Origin: an uncultured candidate division Zixibacteria bacterium
GTDB taxonomy: Bacteria; Zixibacteria; MSB-5A5; UBA10806
Assembly: GCA_963817915.1 (NCBI GenBank)
Contig: CAWFQL010000006.1
Span: 128,001 to 192,000, forward strand
Length of the DNA stretch: 64,000 nt
Direction of reading: 5' to 3'
This document shows, piece by piece, positions 1-14,991 of this stretch (positions are counted from its first letter, which is position 1; each line of letters opens with the position of its first letter). Below the pieces are notes generated by a model that searched no databases, was not told the origin of the DNA, and worked only from the letters and a program-made list of their open reading frames with translations. The position numbers and the translations under genes were made by a program.

Positions 1-104
1 ACATACCTGCCGGGCTTTTGCACGAATGGCAAAACTTCGCAGATAAGCCGATTCCACAATTGGTCTCTATAATTTGATATTTTTACCGAATCACTTTTAT
101 TCAT
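1..104 (-). CDS. N-terminal fragment of a probable B12-binding radical SAM protein (TIGR03960-like), runs off the window
   Basis: Manual translation MNKSDSVKISNYRDQLWNRLICEVLPFVQKPGRY; the LPxVxKPGRY motif resembles the start of this family; only 34 codons visible. Confidence 0.55.
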   Translation of the reverse strand, partial: MNKSDSVKISNYRDQLWNRLICEVLPFVQKPGRY

Positions 105-335
105 TTCTGATTTATCTTTCTTTTTTGTCAAAATACCTAATCGAATTAATCAGTTTGCCGCTCTTCAAATACCGATACCTGATAGCAACGACAATCGTGG
201 GGCAATATATGCTAATGTTTGATATTTATCAATCTTGGGATTTAATATTTTAATCAGCGTCGGGCTGGGCTGGTTGCGTCAGGTCGGGAGCCGCCGGTGG
301 GCGGCTTTGACCTGCCGCCCCGCCGCATTGTTTGG

Positions 336-1589
336 CTATTTCCTCTGCATGGCGTGCAGGAATGACGATCGCAAAGTATCGCTCATCAAGGCTTTTTTGA
401 CAGGCGGCATTTTGAGAAATCCACCGACAAAGCCGCGCATGAATTTATGGGTCAAACGCTGCGTGTCGGTGAACATGAAATTTTGCAACGTGCCCCGTTC
501 GAGACATTGCAGGATAACCCGTTCGAACATGGTCTCGGGATGGAGGACTCGTTGGCCTCGTTTGACCAGCCTCAACGCGCCCGCGCTACAGTTCAAGGCG
601 CAAACACCGCAACCCATGCAGATCGACTCGTCAATTTTAGGGCATCCTTCTGACTGCATGGTGATAGCGTTGATCGGGCAGGATTCGATACAGACTTCGC
701 ATTGGGAGCATGATTCCTCGTCTCTTTTGATTATCATGCTCGATGTTACCACGGCATTGGGATAGCCGAATTTGCTGATCCCCAATAAGACATTGCAGCA
801 GCAACCACAGCAGAAGCAGAAGAATGACACATCTTTTTTGACATTATCAGCACAGATGACCAAGCCCAATTCTTTTGAACGGGCCAGATTTTCGAGCATC
901 TCGGTCTTCGAAACTTCCTTGGCGAATTCGCGCCTGATCATATATTCGGCCGCGGATCCGAATGACGAGCAGGTTTCCAATGGTACATCGCAGCTTTTCT
1001 GGCCAGTATGCAATTTCTCATGGCGGCAGGAGCAGATACCGATCGCGAATTTATCATTGCTCTCCAATATCGCTTTGGCGTTTTCGTAGTCGAATATTTC
1101 GACTGCTTCCGATTTATCGATCGCCTCATTATGCGGCATCGCCCTTAATGGCATGACCTTTTTGCCGCCTTCAAGATTAGCTTTGTAGAAGGAACTCTTA
1201 TCTTCGAGATAATCATTGAAAAGCCGGGCCCATTCGCTGGTATTGAGATTTGCGCCGGTACGCATCATAGTCATTTCGAAAATCCCGATGACCAGCGGCG
1301 ACAGCATATAGAGATATTTTTTACCATTCCAGATATCTAATATCAACCCTTTGACGCTTAAGCTATCTAATATCTTCTGCAACTTGGCCTGTTCGAATCC
1401 GGTGGATTTTCGGATATGATCGAAGTCGGTCATGCCGAATGGCATCTTGACACAAACTTCGGCTTCGTCGGGAGTGTAGAGCTCGACCAGGATATTATAG
1501 AATTTCTCGTTCCAGGGGACACGAACGGTCAGATTGTCGATTTTCTTCCCGAGCTTTCTATAGAGTTCTTTCCCTACCAGATGGCCCAT
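336..1589 (-). CDS. 4Fe-4S dicluster domain-containing protein
   Basis: Two CxxCxxCxxxC ferredoxin motifs (CSQCEVCIESCP, CMGCGVCALNCS) plus CSCRH and CFCCGCCC clusters; GGAG SD upstream. Confidence 0.85.
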   Translation of the reverse strand: MGHLVGKELYRKLGKKIDNLTVRVPWNEKFYNILVELYTPDEAEVCVKMPFGMTDFDHIRKSTGFEQAKLQKILDSLSVKGLILDIWNGKKYLYMLSPLVIGIFEMTMMRTGANLNTSEWARLFNDYLEDKSSFYKANLEGGKKVMPLRAMPHNEAIDKSEAVEIFDYENAKAILESNDKFAIGICSCRHEKLHTGQKSCDVPLETCSSFGSAAEYMIRREFAKEVSKTEMLENLARSKELGLVICADNVKKDVSFFCFCCGCCCNVLLGISKFGYPNAVVTSSMIIKRDEESCSQCEVCIESCPINAITMQSEGCPKIDESICMGCGVCALNCSAGALRLVKRGQRVLHPETMFERVILQCLERGTLQNFMFTDTQRLTHKFMRGFVGGFLKMPPVKKALMSDTLRSSFLHAMQRK

Positions 1590-1685
1590 AAATCCTCCCC
1601 TTGGTTATCGAAATACAAATTAGCGAACCTATAGGTAAATTTATAGAGCGTGACAGATTGAAGTCAAGGCTTATCAGAATATGCT

Positions 1686-1862
1686 GTAGGGCGGAACCCC
1701 CCGTGGTTCCGCCGATTCGCCTATAAAAAAAAGAGTCCGAACCACAGGGGTTCGGACCTACTGTTATCATCCTGTCATGCCCGTGAAGGCAGGCATTATT
1801 GTAGCCCAAATCTCGAAGAGATTTGGGAACACTATCCCAAAACCACAAGGGTTTTGGGCTGT
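1686..1862. repeat. Cluster of GTAG-type REP-like palindromes (two inverted pairs)
   Basis: GTAG-GGCGGAACC..GGTTCCGCC (1686-1713) with GTCCGAACC..GGTTCGGAC-CTAC (1735-1761); GTAG-CCCAAATCTC-GAA-GAGATTTGGG (1801-1827) with CCCAAAACC..GGTTTTGGG-CTGT (1836-1862). Confidence 0.7.
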
Positions 1863-1894
1863 CAACTAATGGCACAGGACGTCATTTCCCCAAG

Positions 1895-2989
1895 CTATGA
1901 TATTTTCTTTATTTCAAATCCCAGTTCTTTGGCTCTTTCAATGAATTTCTCGATATTTAGATCGGCACCCCATTGTGTGCAACTAGCTATTTTAGTTCCG
2001 TCTTTTAAACTGATAATTTCTTTTTCTTTAAGATAATGCCTCGCTTGTTTTGAACTGATTTCTATTTCTCTAGCATTTTCTATTGTATCGAATACTCCAT
2101 AACGTGACCCCTGCAATTCTTTAGGAAAAGCCCTTTCGAGCATGGCAAAATCGGTGTTAGGATTTTTACTGATGTATTGTTTGATAACAGCATGGACCAG
2201 TTTTCGCTTGTTGTATGTTTGCCCAGCAAAATCATACCTTGTGTAATCCTTTAATTGGCCCATTATTTTTCTCCCTTTTGTTTCTCGTAACCCTGGGCTT
2301 AAAATATGAACTGATAATTTTTCATCAGGTTGATAATTGGAAAAATGCCAACCAATTTCGCGTGCGGATTTTACAGTGCTGTCTTTTGGTTTGGATATCA
2401 TTTTTTCTCTAAAGCTCTTTTCCAAGTTTTCTACAACATCAAATTGCTTTGCCCAAAGAAGGCTATCATAATTATGGGGTTTGGGAGGATCGGATTCACC
2501 GTCTGGTTTAAAGCCTTCGTAGCTTCGGAAAACATGATATCTTAAAAGCCTTTTTACAGATTCGTCCGTGTCAGTCAATTTTGAAAGAAAAGCGGGTAGC
2601 ATACAGATATTGGCCAAAGATGTATAGTAATCAACATTGTCAGACTTATCCCAAATATGACAGACAACAACGTCCTCATAATTATTTCTATTTATTGAAT
2701 TTGCCCATAGAAATGCATCAGTTGGCCCCTTATTATCATCATACATCGCAGTTCGTCCATCTGAAAGTTGATGAATTTGGCCTCTCGTTGGAGTTCCCAT
2801 TTTATATCTTATAATATTAAATATATTCATATTGCGTGATTGTCTTACTGTCGCTGGATGTGTAAAAATAGTTAAGGATGCGATGGCTTGCTCTACAGAT
2901 TTATAGCGAGAATTACTAATCAATTCTATTAAGGCACTTTTGCCACTCAAATTAAAATCGGAAAGACATTTGAGATTGACATTTTCCAT
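1895..2989 (-). CDS. Hypothetical protein: possible HNH-like nuclease region plus ~120-aa C-terminal domain
   Basis: 364-aa AT-rich ORF with GGGAG SD; motif VCHIW..SLANICMLP..KLTD is reminiscent of beta-beta-alpha-metal nucleases; function is inference. Confidence 0.6.
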   Translation of the reverse strand: MENVNLKCLSDFNLSGKSALIELISNSRYKSVEQAIASLTIFTHPATVRQSRNMNIFNIIRYKMGTPTRGQIHQLSDGRTAMYDDNKGPTDAFLWANSINRNNYEDVVVCHIWDKSDNVDYYTSLANICMLPAFLSKLTDTDESVKRLLRYHVFRSYEGFKPDGESDPPKPHNYDSLLWAKQFDVVENLEKSFREKMISKPKDSTVKSAREIGWHFSNYQPDEKLSVHILSPGLRETKGRKIMGQLKDYTRYDFAGQTYNKRKLVHAVIKQYISKNPNTDFAMLERAFPKELQGSRYGVFDTIENAREIEISSKQARHYLKEKEIISLKDGTKIASCTQWGADLNIEKFIERAKELGFEIKKIS

Positions 2990-3060
2990 TTCTCGACTCT
3001 CCCGCAGTATATAGTAATAATTGGCAATTCTATCGGCATCTCAGATTTAGCCGCTAATAA

Positions 3061-3588
3061 TTATTTCCCCTTTCGGAAGCCGATTTGTCTTTTAGGTTTT
3101 TCAGGATGGCTCATCAACTGGCGAATGGCATCGAAAAGTGATCTAATTTCCCGATCGTGAATAGTTATTTTCGATTCAAGTTCGTTAATTTTGCGTCCTA
3201 GTTCGCGGTGCGATGAAAGAATTTCCCTAATTCGAACAAATGCACGCATAATATGTATATTTACTATGATGGCATTTCTGCTTTTCAAAACGCTTGAGAG
3301 CATAGCTACGCCCTGTTCTGAAAATGCATATGGATATGCCCTTCTGAGGCCGCCCCAACTTGAAATCACATTTTGTGATTTCAAGTTTTGGAATTCTTCC
3401 ATCGTTAATTGAAACATGAAATCTTCAGGAAATCTCTCAATATTACGTTTGACTGCTTGAGTAAGAGATCTCGGCTCTACTCTATAAAGTAACGCCAGAT
3501 CGGAACTGAGCATCACCCTTTGGCCACGAATTAGATAAATCCGATTTTCTATAGAATCTGCTACAATTACGGCTTTAGATTTATTCAC
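3061..3588 (-). CDS. ORF6N / KilA-N-type DNA-binding protein
   Basis: [60 protein letters not shown] and C-terminal RQIGF are typical of ORF6N proteins. Confidence 0.9.
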   Translation of the reverse strand: MNKSKAVIVADSIENRIYLIRGQRVMLSSDLALLYRVEPRSLTQAVKRNIERFPEDFMFQLTMEEFQNLKSQNVISSWGGLRRAYPYAFSEQGVAMLSSVLKSRNAIIVNIHIMRAFVRIREILSSHRELGRKINELESKITIHDREIRSLFDAIRQLMSHPEKPKRQIGFRKGK

Positions 3589-3638
3589 AATTCTATTATA
3601 GCAGTCATTATCTATTTAGGCAAACTTTTTTATACTAC

Positions 3639-3672
3639 AAAAAAAATCGCCCCGATTTTCATCGAGGCGATT
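3639..3672 (-). terminator. Rho-independent terminator of the rRNA operon
   Basis: AATCGCCTCGAT/ATCGGGGCGATT stem followed by a T run on the minus strand, just after 5S. Confidence 0.8.
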
Positions 3673-3684
3673 CTTCATTATACT

Positions 3685-3801
3685 CCCGGCCGCGTCCTAC
3701 TCTCCCACCCCCGCAAAGAGGCAGTACCATCGGCGCTGTGGGGCTTAACTGCCGTGTTCGGAATGGGAACGGGTGTTTCCCCCACGCCATCGCAACCGGA
3801 A
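3685..3801 (-). rRNA. rrf: 5S rRNA
   Basis: Conserved CCCGTTCCCATTCCGAACACGG, GCCGATGGTACTG and GGGAGAGTAGG motifs on the minus strand; ends approximate. Confidence 0.95.
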
Positions 3802-3932
3802 ACTTTTTGTGTTACATGTCAGATCAGATGACCCGACAGCACACGTATCATTCGATTTTAAAAGAACGGTGGTTCGATGACAACTTAATAGAATGCTATG
3901 ATTTTCTGGGAAAAGGCTTCGACAAAAATATT

Positions 3933-7404
<3,472 letters not shown>

Positions 7405-7539
7405 AAAACATTTTCGGCGAAACCTTGAGAAAACCACAGCATTCTATTAAGTTGTCAAAGAACTTTCCGGCACCAAGACTGGCCCGATGCCAGATATCTT
7501 TTATCCGTCGTAGTGACGGTAATTTTCATATTTTTTAAG

Positions 7540-7612
7540 TGGAGACGACCGGGATCGAACCGGTGGCCTATAGCTTGCAAAGCTATCGCTCTCCCAACTG
7601 AGCTACGTCCCC
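7540..7612 (-). tRNA. tRNA-Ala(UGC), CCA not encoded
   Basis: GGGGACGTAGCTCAGTTGGGAGAGC..TTTGCAA..GGTTCGATCCC..TCTCCA in the 16S-23S spacer. Confidence 0.95.
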
Positions 7613-7670
7613 ATCCACCGTTTAATCCTGATTGATTATTCGTTGCGAAACGGGCGGCCCCCGTAATGCA

Positions 7671-7747
7671 TGGTGGGCCTTAGTGGAGTCGAACCACCGA
7701 CCCCGTCCTTATCAGGGACGTGCTCTAACCAACTGAGCTAAAGGCCC
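7671..7747 (-). tRNA. tRNA-Ile(GAU), CCA encoded
   Basis: GGGCCTTTAGCTCAGTTGGTTAGAGC..CTGATAA..GGTTCGACTCC..GGCCCACCA. Confidence 0.95.
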
Positions 7748-7931
7748 ACATTGTTTTTTGCTCCATCGGGCCTAATGACTCCCAGTTGCAGGGCAAATAG
7801 CCCGTAGTCTTCACTTTTTAAAGAACATCGATTCTTTGAAAACCGGATAGCGTACACAAGAAGACCCATTCGATTAAACCGACCTATCCAATTACTTGGA
7901 TTTGTATTTTGCTCCGAAGAGCGAAATACAG

Positions 7932-9500
<1,569 letters not shown>

Positions 9501-9618
9501 AATTAGCTCTATGAACAAACGCAAAATTTCGCTTTCGCTATTGTTTGCGTGTTCGTCGAATTATTTAAGATCGAAATTTCTTCCGACCTAGGCTAAATCG
9601 ACGGGTCCGTCTTAATTG

Positions 9619-9645
9619 TGTACGCTATTCGATTTTCAAAGAACG
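9619..9645 (-). promoter_or_regulatory. boxA-like element / 16S processing stem 5' arm
   Basis: GTTCTTTGAAAATCGAATAGCGTACA is complementary to the arm at ~7831-7857; a similar long stem flanks 23S (~3870-3930 with ~7405-7463). Confidence 0.7.
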
Positions 9646-9699
9646 TTCGGTCATTTTAGGACCAAAAAAAGCCTGCCTTCAACTGACCGACAGACTTTC

Positions 9700-9841
9700 A
9701 AGATAAGCCTTATTTCTGTCAAGTCAAGGCAAAAATTCAATATTTTTAAAATTATTTTTGTTCAATCAAATCGCCTTTCCTGCCCAGCTTACCTTTTCCT
9801 TCACAGCCGATGAATTTATATCCCCGGCATATATATGTCAA
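9700..9841 (-). promoter_or_regulatory. Tandem sigma70-type rrn promoters P1 and P2
   Basis: P1 TTGACA(9841-9836)-17-TAAATT; P2 TTGACT(9727-9722)-16-TATCTT; AT-rich upstream DNA. Confidence 0.65.
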
Positions 9842-9999
9842 GCTAAATTTAAAAGAAATCCAAAAATAATTATTCCCTTATCATTTATCGGGTTTCCCGA
9901 CTTTTCCTTAACCACTTTATACTACTATGACAATCGCTATTAAGTTCCTATTGGTATTGAATTCCCTTATCAGTTGACAGGATTATTGAGATAGAGAAA

Positions 10000-10819
10000 T
10001 CAAAAATCAATTGCCCAATAAATCGATCTGGCGCCGAATCCCATCATTCCGATTTTCCCTATGTGAATCTTCTTCCCCATATACACCGTTAATGATCCCG
10101 CCGCGTACCCCGCGAATGCTCCGAAATAAACATCCGATGCCCAATGATAATTGCCATACATTCGCTGCAATGCTACAAGCCCCGCAATTGAGTACGATAC
10201 TATCGGCACCAATGGGAATTGACTTTCAATACCGATGAATTGAAGATTTTGACGAGGATAATTTTTTGATATTATTGTCGCGAATGTGAATGCGGTAATT
10301 GTATGCCCAGAATAGAATGATGATCCGCCTTTGAAAAATTCATAGGGCGAACTTAGTATCATGTGGACGAATTCGTCCGAAGATTTTTTTGACTCCGAGC
10401 GTGACACCATTGGCCAATAATAATCCGCCAACCAATTCCCCGCCCGCTAAAATGCTCTTTTTATTCTTGAATAGAATTCCATGACCCACCAATAGCGGCA
10501 CCGTTACAGCATAAGGCCCCGGCGCTCCGAAATGACCGATCTCTTTGAAGAATGAGTTGGCCGTTGTACCATGAAGGCTCTTTCTTTGACTGAGGCGATT
10601 CAGATCCTTATCCAAAGCAAACATCACTGCCCCGCCGGCCGCGATGGCAAGATAAGGAGCGGCCTTTTTAAGGAATGATTTTGACGTTGCACAGGTCGAT
10701 ATAGAATCTTGACTTTTGAATTTGTCCAATTCCGTTATCGAATGAGCAGAAGCAGAATTAGCGAAATGGCCTAAGGATAAAATTAGAGACAGGATAAATA
10801 TGGTTGTTCTAAATCTCAT
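10000..10819 (-). CDS. PAP2-family membrane phosphatase, one frameshift near 10353
   Basis: C1 KKIFGRIRP in one frame; C2 SFYSGH and C3 RMYGNYHWASDV in the next; removing one base joins HDT to SSPYEF. Confidence 0.8.
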
Positions 10820-10886
10820 ACCGGTTTAATATATATCTTTGGCGGATAAATAAAGCTATAGAATTATTTTGGATTAATAAATCGGA

Positions 10887-12315
10887 TTATTTAAGCATGA
10901 TAGCTTTTTGAGTAGCGGTAAAATTGCCCTGTCGAGCCCGGACAAAATAGACCCCTGAAGATAGTGACGCTCCATTATTATCCCGGCCATTCCAGACTAT
11001 ATCATTATTGAGAGAATTGAAAGTCGCGAACGAGTTGCCCGGCGATATTGAAAATATCTACAGAATTTGGCTCAGTTGAATTGCCTTTTATTATGATTTT
11101 GAGCTCGGAGTTGAAGGGGTTTGGATAAATTTGCATAGAGATATTTTCCGGTAATTGTCCGCCATTATCGGATATCGCAGTCGCCGTGTTCAGACGATAA
11201 AGCACGAATCCATTGGCGGTCCGGCAGAGCAAATCATCAGTGCCATCACGATCTATATCAATTGGCTCGGCATCGGAAATCGTGATATTAGGCCCCCAGA
11301 TATAAGCAATGAGGCTCATATCCAGATTCCGGAGTTCAAAATAGCTATTATTACAGCCGGTCAAGATGTACTGAACGCCATTATATTTGAAGAAACTATT
11401 GATCGCATCACAAGGCATTTGATGAGAAACGCCGTTATTGAGATATGGATTATCATAGAGATTAACTTCATTTTCCCTTCTAATAGCCAGCTCCTGAAAA
11501 TTGTCATCATTATCGGAGAGAATTTTAAAATTAGCGGAATTATTATTATAGACGTTTGAAATTATCTGCCGGAGGGAATCATTGAATACTCTGTATGTAC
11601 TATAGAAATAGTAATAACTATTGCCATGAATATAAGAATAATATTCATATTTAGAAATCATCGATATATATGGCCGATTGCCATAATAGTACTTGTTAAT
11701 ATCTATGCATTGCTCCACCTCTGTTAGATTAACCATATTATTGCCAGTAAAATCAGCGGCGCAATAGTATCCATTTTTTATATAAGAAATCAAATCAAAA
11801 AGCTGTATCGAATTCCAGGATAAAAGAATTTCTGAATTAACATCAAAACCAAGGTCAAATAGCGATATGGCAGATAACCCATTGAATTCCTCAGTAGGGT
11901 AACCATGTGTGACCCAAATAATACGCATAAAAACACTATCGACTTCTGATTGATTCTCCAAAGGGAAATATGTAACCTTAAATATAATGCTATCACCTAC
12001 ATAATGATGAACAAGATTTGCATAATAAATGCAGATTCGCTCCAGTGAATCCTTTTCCAGGGTAAATACAAAATCAGGTTGACAAGAAATGGAATCCCTT
12101 AGGGGTTGCCCGCTTACCCCATTTACAAAATACAAACCATATCGCGTTGAATAAACTATATCCGAAACCGAATCATTATTAATGTCAAATAGCATATAAT
12201 TCTTAATAGTATCAGGATTTGTATTTAACAGATATTGTGTATCCAATCCATAATTGGGGACCTGGGCGTAAGCCGACCCAGATAAAATGATAAGCATAAA
12301 TGCAATCTTTTTCAT
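10887..12315 (-). CDS. Secreted FG-GAP/VCBS-like protein with T9SS/FlgD-type C-terminal domain, frameshift near 11015
   Basis: Signal peptide; DINNDSVSDI and DIDRDGTDDL motifs; IYPNPFN; the CTD tail IVWNGRDNNGASLSSGVYF..KAIMLK continues in another frame to TAA at 10887-10889. Confidence 0.75.
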
Positions 12316-13730
12316 TTTAGGTATAGCACCTTCTTTGAGGCCATTAAATTATCCCCACGCGCAATAATAAAATATGTCCCCGAAGCCATCCCATCCTTTT
12401 TCCAAGTCCAACTATTCGGACCGGCAATAATGGGGCCGCAATATATTTCATCGACTTTCCTCCCTAATAAATCGATAGCGTCGATATTCACTGTCATCGC
12501 TTTTTCCGCCGTGAGATTGATAATGGCTGCACTATTGAATGGATTAGGGTAAATTTGAATATCAAGATTTATTTTGTCAGGCAATTGCGCCGTCTCAATC
12601 GATGTGGGCGAATTTTGGATTTTCCCAATATATATTTTTTGCCCGATAGAAAAAACCAATTCATCATAATTATAATCTTCCAGGACATCAGCAAACATAG
12701 GGAATCTAATCAACCCATTGAGCCAGACAACTATTCTGCCTTCTTTTCCAAAATTCCCCGTCCTATACAAATCGAAATAATAACCATAGGGGTTATTGCC
12801 CCCTCCAAATCTCCAATTCATAACCATAATATCATCATATAAAACTGAGTCTATATCCGCCTTGAGCAGCCAGCTTGGATAGCCCAAAAAAAGATCGTAT
12901 GTGGAATCAATTTCTGAATATTCCCAGACTCTCGCCAAATTATTAGAATAACATCTTATAATGCGCCGCATAGGTAATCCTTCAAAAAGTTGGATTACAG
13001 AAATAATATGATTTTGGGTTAAGTTCTGGAATTTACCATAGATTATTCCCAAATCATGCAATGATCCGTAAACATCATGGTCGTATATCATCTCATCATC
13101 GATTGCATCCAGATTTGAATTAGATAATATAAGATGTCCCCGAAATTCATGATCGGGGTATGGTGGATTGTCTACTATATCAATTGATAAAGATAGGATA
13201 TTCCCAGTGTCCATCCTGTCATTCATCGGCTTGCCCATTGAGGCTATCAAATATTCCCAGTTATTAATATCGAGGCTATAAGTGCGGTATGTGTAAAAAA
13301 TAATCTTGCTTGTATCCGGAAGAGCTCTCTCAACAATTCTATACAATGGTGCGTTAAGATACCCCGGCCAAGTAAATAGGCTGTCAAAATCAGGTCCATA
13401 AATAAAATTGAGCCAATAGCCATTAAAGTGGGTCCCTACTAAAATATCTTTAATCCCGTCCAAATTAGCGTCATAGTATCCAATTGCTGTTGTAGTTTCC
13501 GGCAATATATTACCATACCACAATTCCTGATGCGTCCGCGGATCGACAACGTATACACCCTGTGCTGTGCCTATGAATAAATCCTTTAATCCATCTCCAT
13601 TAAAATCGTCAACATAAAGGCACGTAGGGTTGTAATTCAGACTATCAAGCAAATTGAATGATAGATTTTGCCCTGAGGCATTCGATATAAAAATTATTAA
13701 GATCGCTATAGGCCAGAAGACCTTGTTCAT
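12312..13730 (-). CDS. Secreted FG-GAP/VCBS-like protein with T9SS-type C-terminal domain
   Basis: Signal peptide; DFNGDGLKDL and DANLDGIKDI; IYPNPFN..SGTYF..KKVLYLK; ATGA overlap with the next gene. Confidence 0.8.
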   Translation of the reverse strand: MNKVFWPIAILIIFISNASGQNLSFNLLDSLNYNPTCLYVDDFNGDGLKDLFIGTAQGVYVVDPRTHQELWYGNILPETTTAIGYYDANLDGIKDILVGTHFNGYWLNFIYGPDFDSLFTWPGYLNAPLYRIVERALPDTSKIIFYTYRTYSLDINNWEYLIASMGKPMNDRMDTGNILSLSIDIVDNPPYPDHEFRGHLILSNSNLDAIDDEMIYDHDVYGSLHDLGIIYGKFQNLTQNHIISVIQLFEGLPMRRIIRCYSNNLARVWEYSEIDSTYDLFLGYPSWLLKADIDSVLYDDIMVMNWRFGGGNNPYGYYFDLYRTGNFGKEGRIVVWLNGLIRFPMFADVLEDYNYDELVFSIGQKIYIGKIQNSPTSIETAQLPDKINLDIQIYPNPFNSAAIINLTAEKAMTVNIDAIDLLGRKVDEIYCGPIIAGPNSWTWKKDGMASGTYFIIARGDNLMASKKVLYLK

Positions 13731-13759
13731 GATCCCGCCTTTTTTTTAATTACATCATT

Positions 13760-13787
13760 ATTATAAAATAATGGTAGAATTTGTCAA
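13760..13787 (-). promoter_or_regulatory. Consensus sigma70 promoter for the 13730/12315 gene pair
   Basis: TTGACA-16-TATAAT about 30 nt upstream of the ATG. Confidence 0.65.
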
Positions 13788-13813
13788 CAAAAATCTTCAT
13801 CATTTAAGAAAAT

Positions 13814-13840
13814 AAAAGGCGCCCCGAGAGCGCCCTTTTT
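13814..13840. terminator. Bidirectional-type terminator after the OmpA-family gene
   Basis: AAAAGGCGC-CCCGAGA-GCGCCCTTTTT. Confidence 0.7.
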
Positions 13841-13873
13841 GATTTGATGTTTTACTCTTTCTGAGGATTTACG

Positions 13874-14533
13874 CTATCCTTGCCCCGCCACCTTCTTCAA
13901 CTTGTCATTGGCGTAGATTGCGATTTCGACTCGTCTGTTCTGCTGACGGCCGTCGGCAGATTCATTCGATGCTATCGGCTGGGTCTCGCCGTACCCCATA
14001 GTATGGAAACGGGCAGCGCTGACATTCTGACCAGCCAGATAATTCGCCACCGATTGGGATCGCCTCAATGACAAATCCATGTTGTGATCTTCAGAACCGG
14101 TGTTGTCGGTGTGGCCCTCGATCAAGACTTCCGTGTCTTCATACTTATTTAGAATGGTCGAAAGCTTTTGCAGATTCGTCTGCGCGCCTTGCTGAAGAGC
14201 GGATTTATTTACATCGAACAAGATACCTGAATCAAATGTGATCTTGATCCCCTCGCCTACTCGCTCAATTTTCGCGCCGGCGATATCCCGTTTCATCTCC
14301 TCAGCCTGCTTATCCATATAATTGCCGATATACGCCCCGGCCGCCCCACCAACCGCCGCTCCTATGATCGCACCGACTGCAGTATTGCCTGCTTGATGGC
14401 CTATTACTCCGCCAAGCACACCTCCTGCAGTTGCCCCAATAATCGCGCCCTTATCACGTCGCTTCATGCTTGCACAACTGAAGACGTTAATAAGCAAAAA
14501 TGCCACGATAGCGATTGAAATAAATTTCTTCAT
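13874..14533 (-). CDS. OmpA-family lipoprotein with glycine zipper
   Basis: Lipobox-like VFSC; GAIIGA..GG repeats; IEGHTD..N..LS.RR and NRRVEI OmpA C-terminal motifs. Confidence 0.92.
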   Translation of the reverse strand: MKKFISIAIVAFLLINVFSCASMKRRDKGAIIGATAGGVLGGVIGHQAGNTAVGAIIGAAVGGAAGAYIGNYMDKQAEEMKRDIAGAKIERVGEGIKITFDSGILFDVNKSALQQGAQTNLQKLSTILNKYEDTEVLIEGHTDNTGSEDHNMDLSLRRSQSVANYLAGQNVSAARFHTMGYGETQPIASNESADGRQQNRRVEIAIYANDKLKKVAGQG

Positions 14534-14580
14534 TTTAAATCCCTCCAGCTCATAGTTTTGATTTATTTTAAATTTTACTT

Positions 14581-14653
14581 AGCCACCGGGCGGGCTTGAA
14601 CCGTCGACCTGCTGATTACGAATCAGCTGCTCTACCAACTGAGCTACGGTGGC
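14581..14653 (-). tRNA. tRNA-Thr(CGU), CCA not encoded
   Basis: GCCACCGTAGCTCAGTTGGTAGAGCAGCTGATTCGTAATCAGCAGGTCGACGGTTCAAGCCCGCCCGGTGGCT. Confidence 0.95.
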
Positions 14654-14729
14654 GAATACCTTATAGCCAGCAATCATATTATATTTTTGTATCTGCTTGT
14701 CAAGATGATTCATCGCATCATCGCCCCCA

Positions 14730-14905
14730 GGCGGTTCCGCCCCGAGACCTTTGGTCTCGGGAAGAAACCCGAGACAAAATTACTTTATAAAAGCAGAAAT
14801 GCTTTTAAATCTCATTTAGCGATTTAGTCAAATATTGCTGTTTCGGGTTTCTTGTCCGGCAGCTGCCGGATTGTAAATCCGGCGACTGCCGGACGCGGAA
14901 CCGCC
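14730..14905 (+). repeat. Structured intergenic element, four-way junction (copy A)
   Basis: Four contiguous stems: 14730-40/14895-905, 14741-49/14753-61, 14762-76/14839-53, 14854-72/14876-94; same architecture as 62531-62706. Confidence 0.75.
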
Positions 14906-14991
14906 GGAATCTATTGCATTTTTGGTCAAATGCGATTATTATAGATAACGATAGCCTAATTTGACTTATCGATTGATGAGGGGAAGCACTG

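Noticed and set aside
280..314. GC-rich hairpin upstream of the putative B12 radical SAM gene as a cobalamin or c-di-GMP riboswitch
   Set aside because: No recognisable riboswitch consensus; probably a terminator-like or REP-like hairpin after the Fe-S gene
10000..14653. Genomic island integrated at tRNA-Thr(CGU)
   Set aside because: No integrase and no duplicated tRNA 3' end seen
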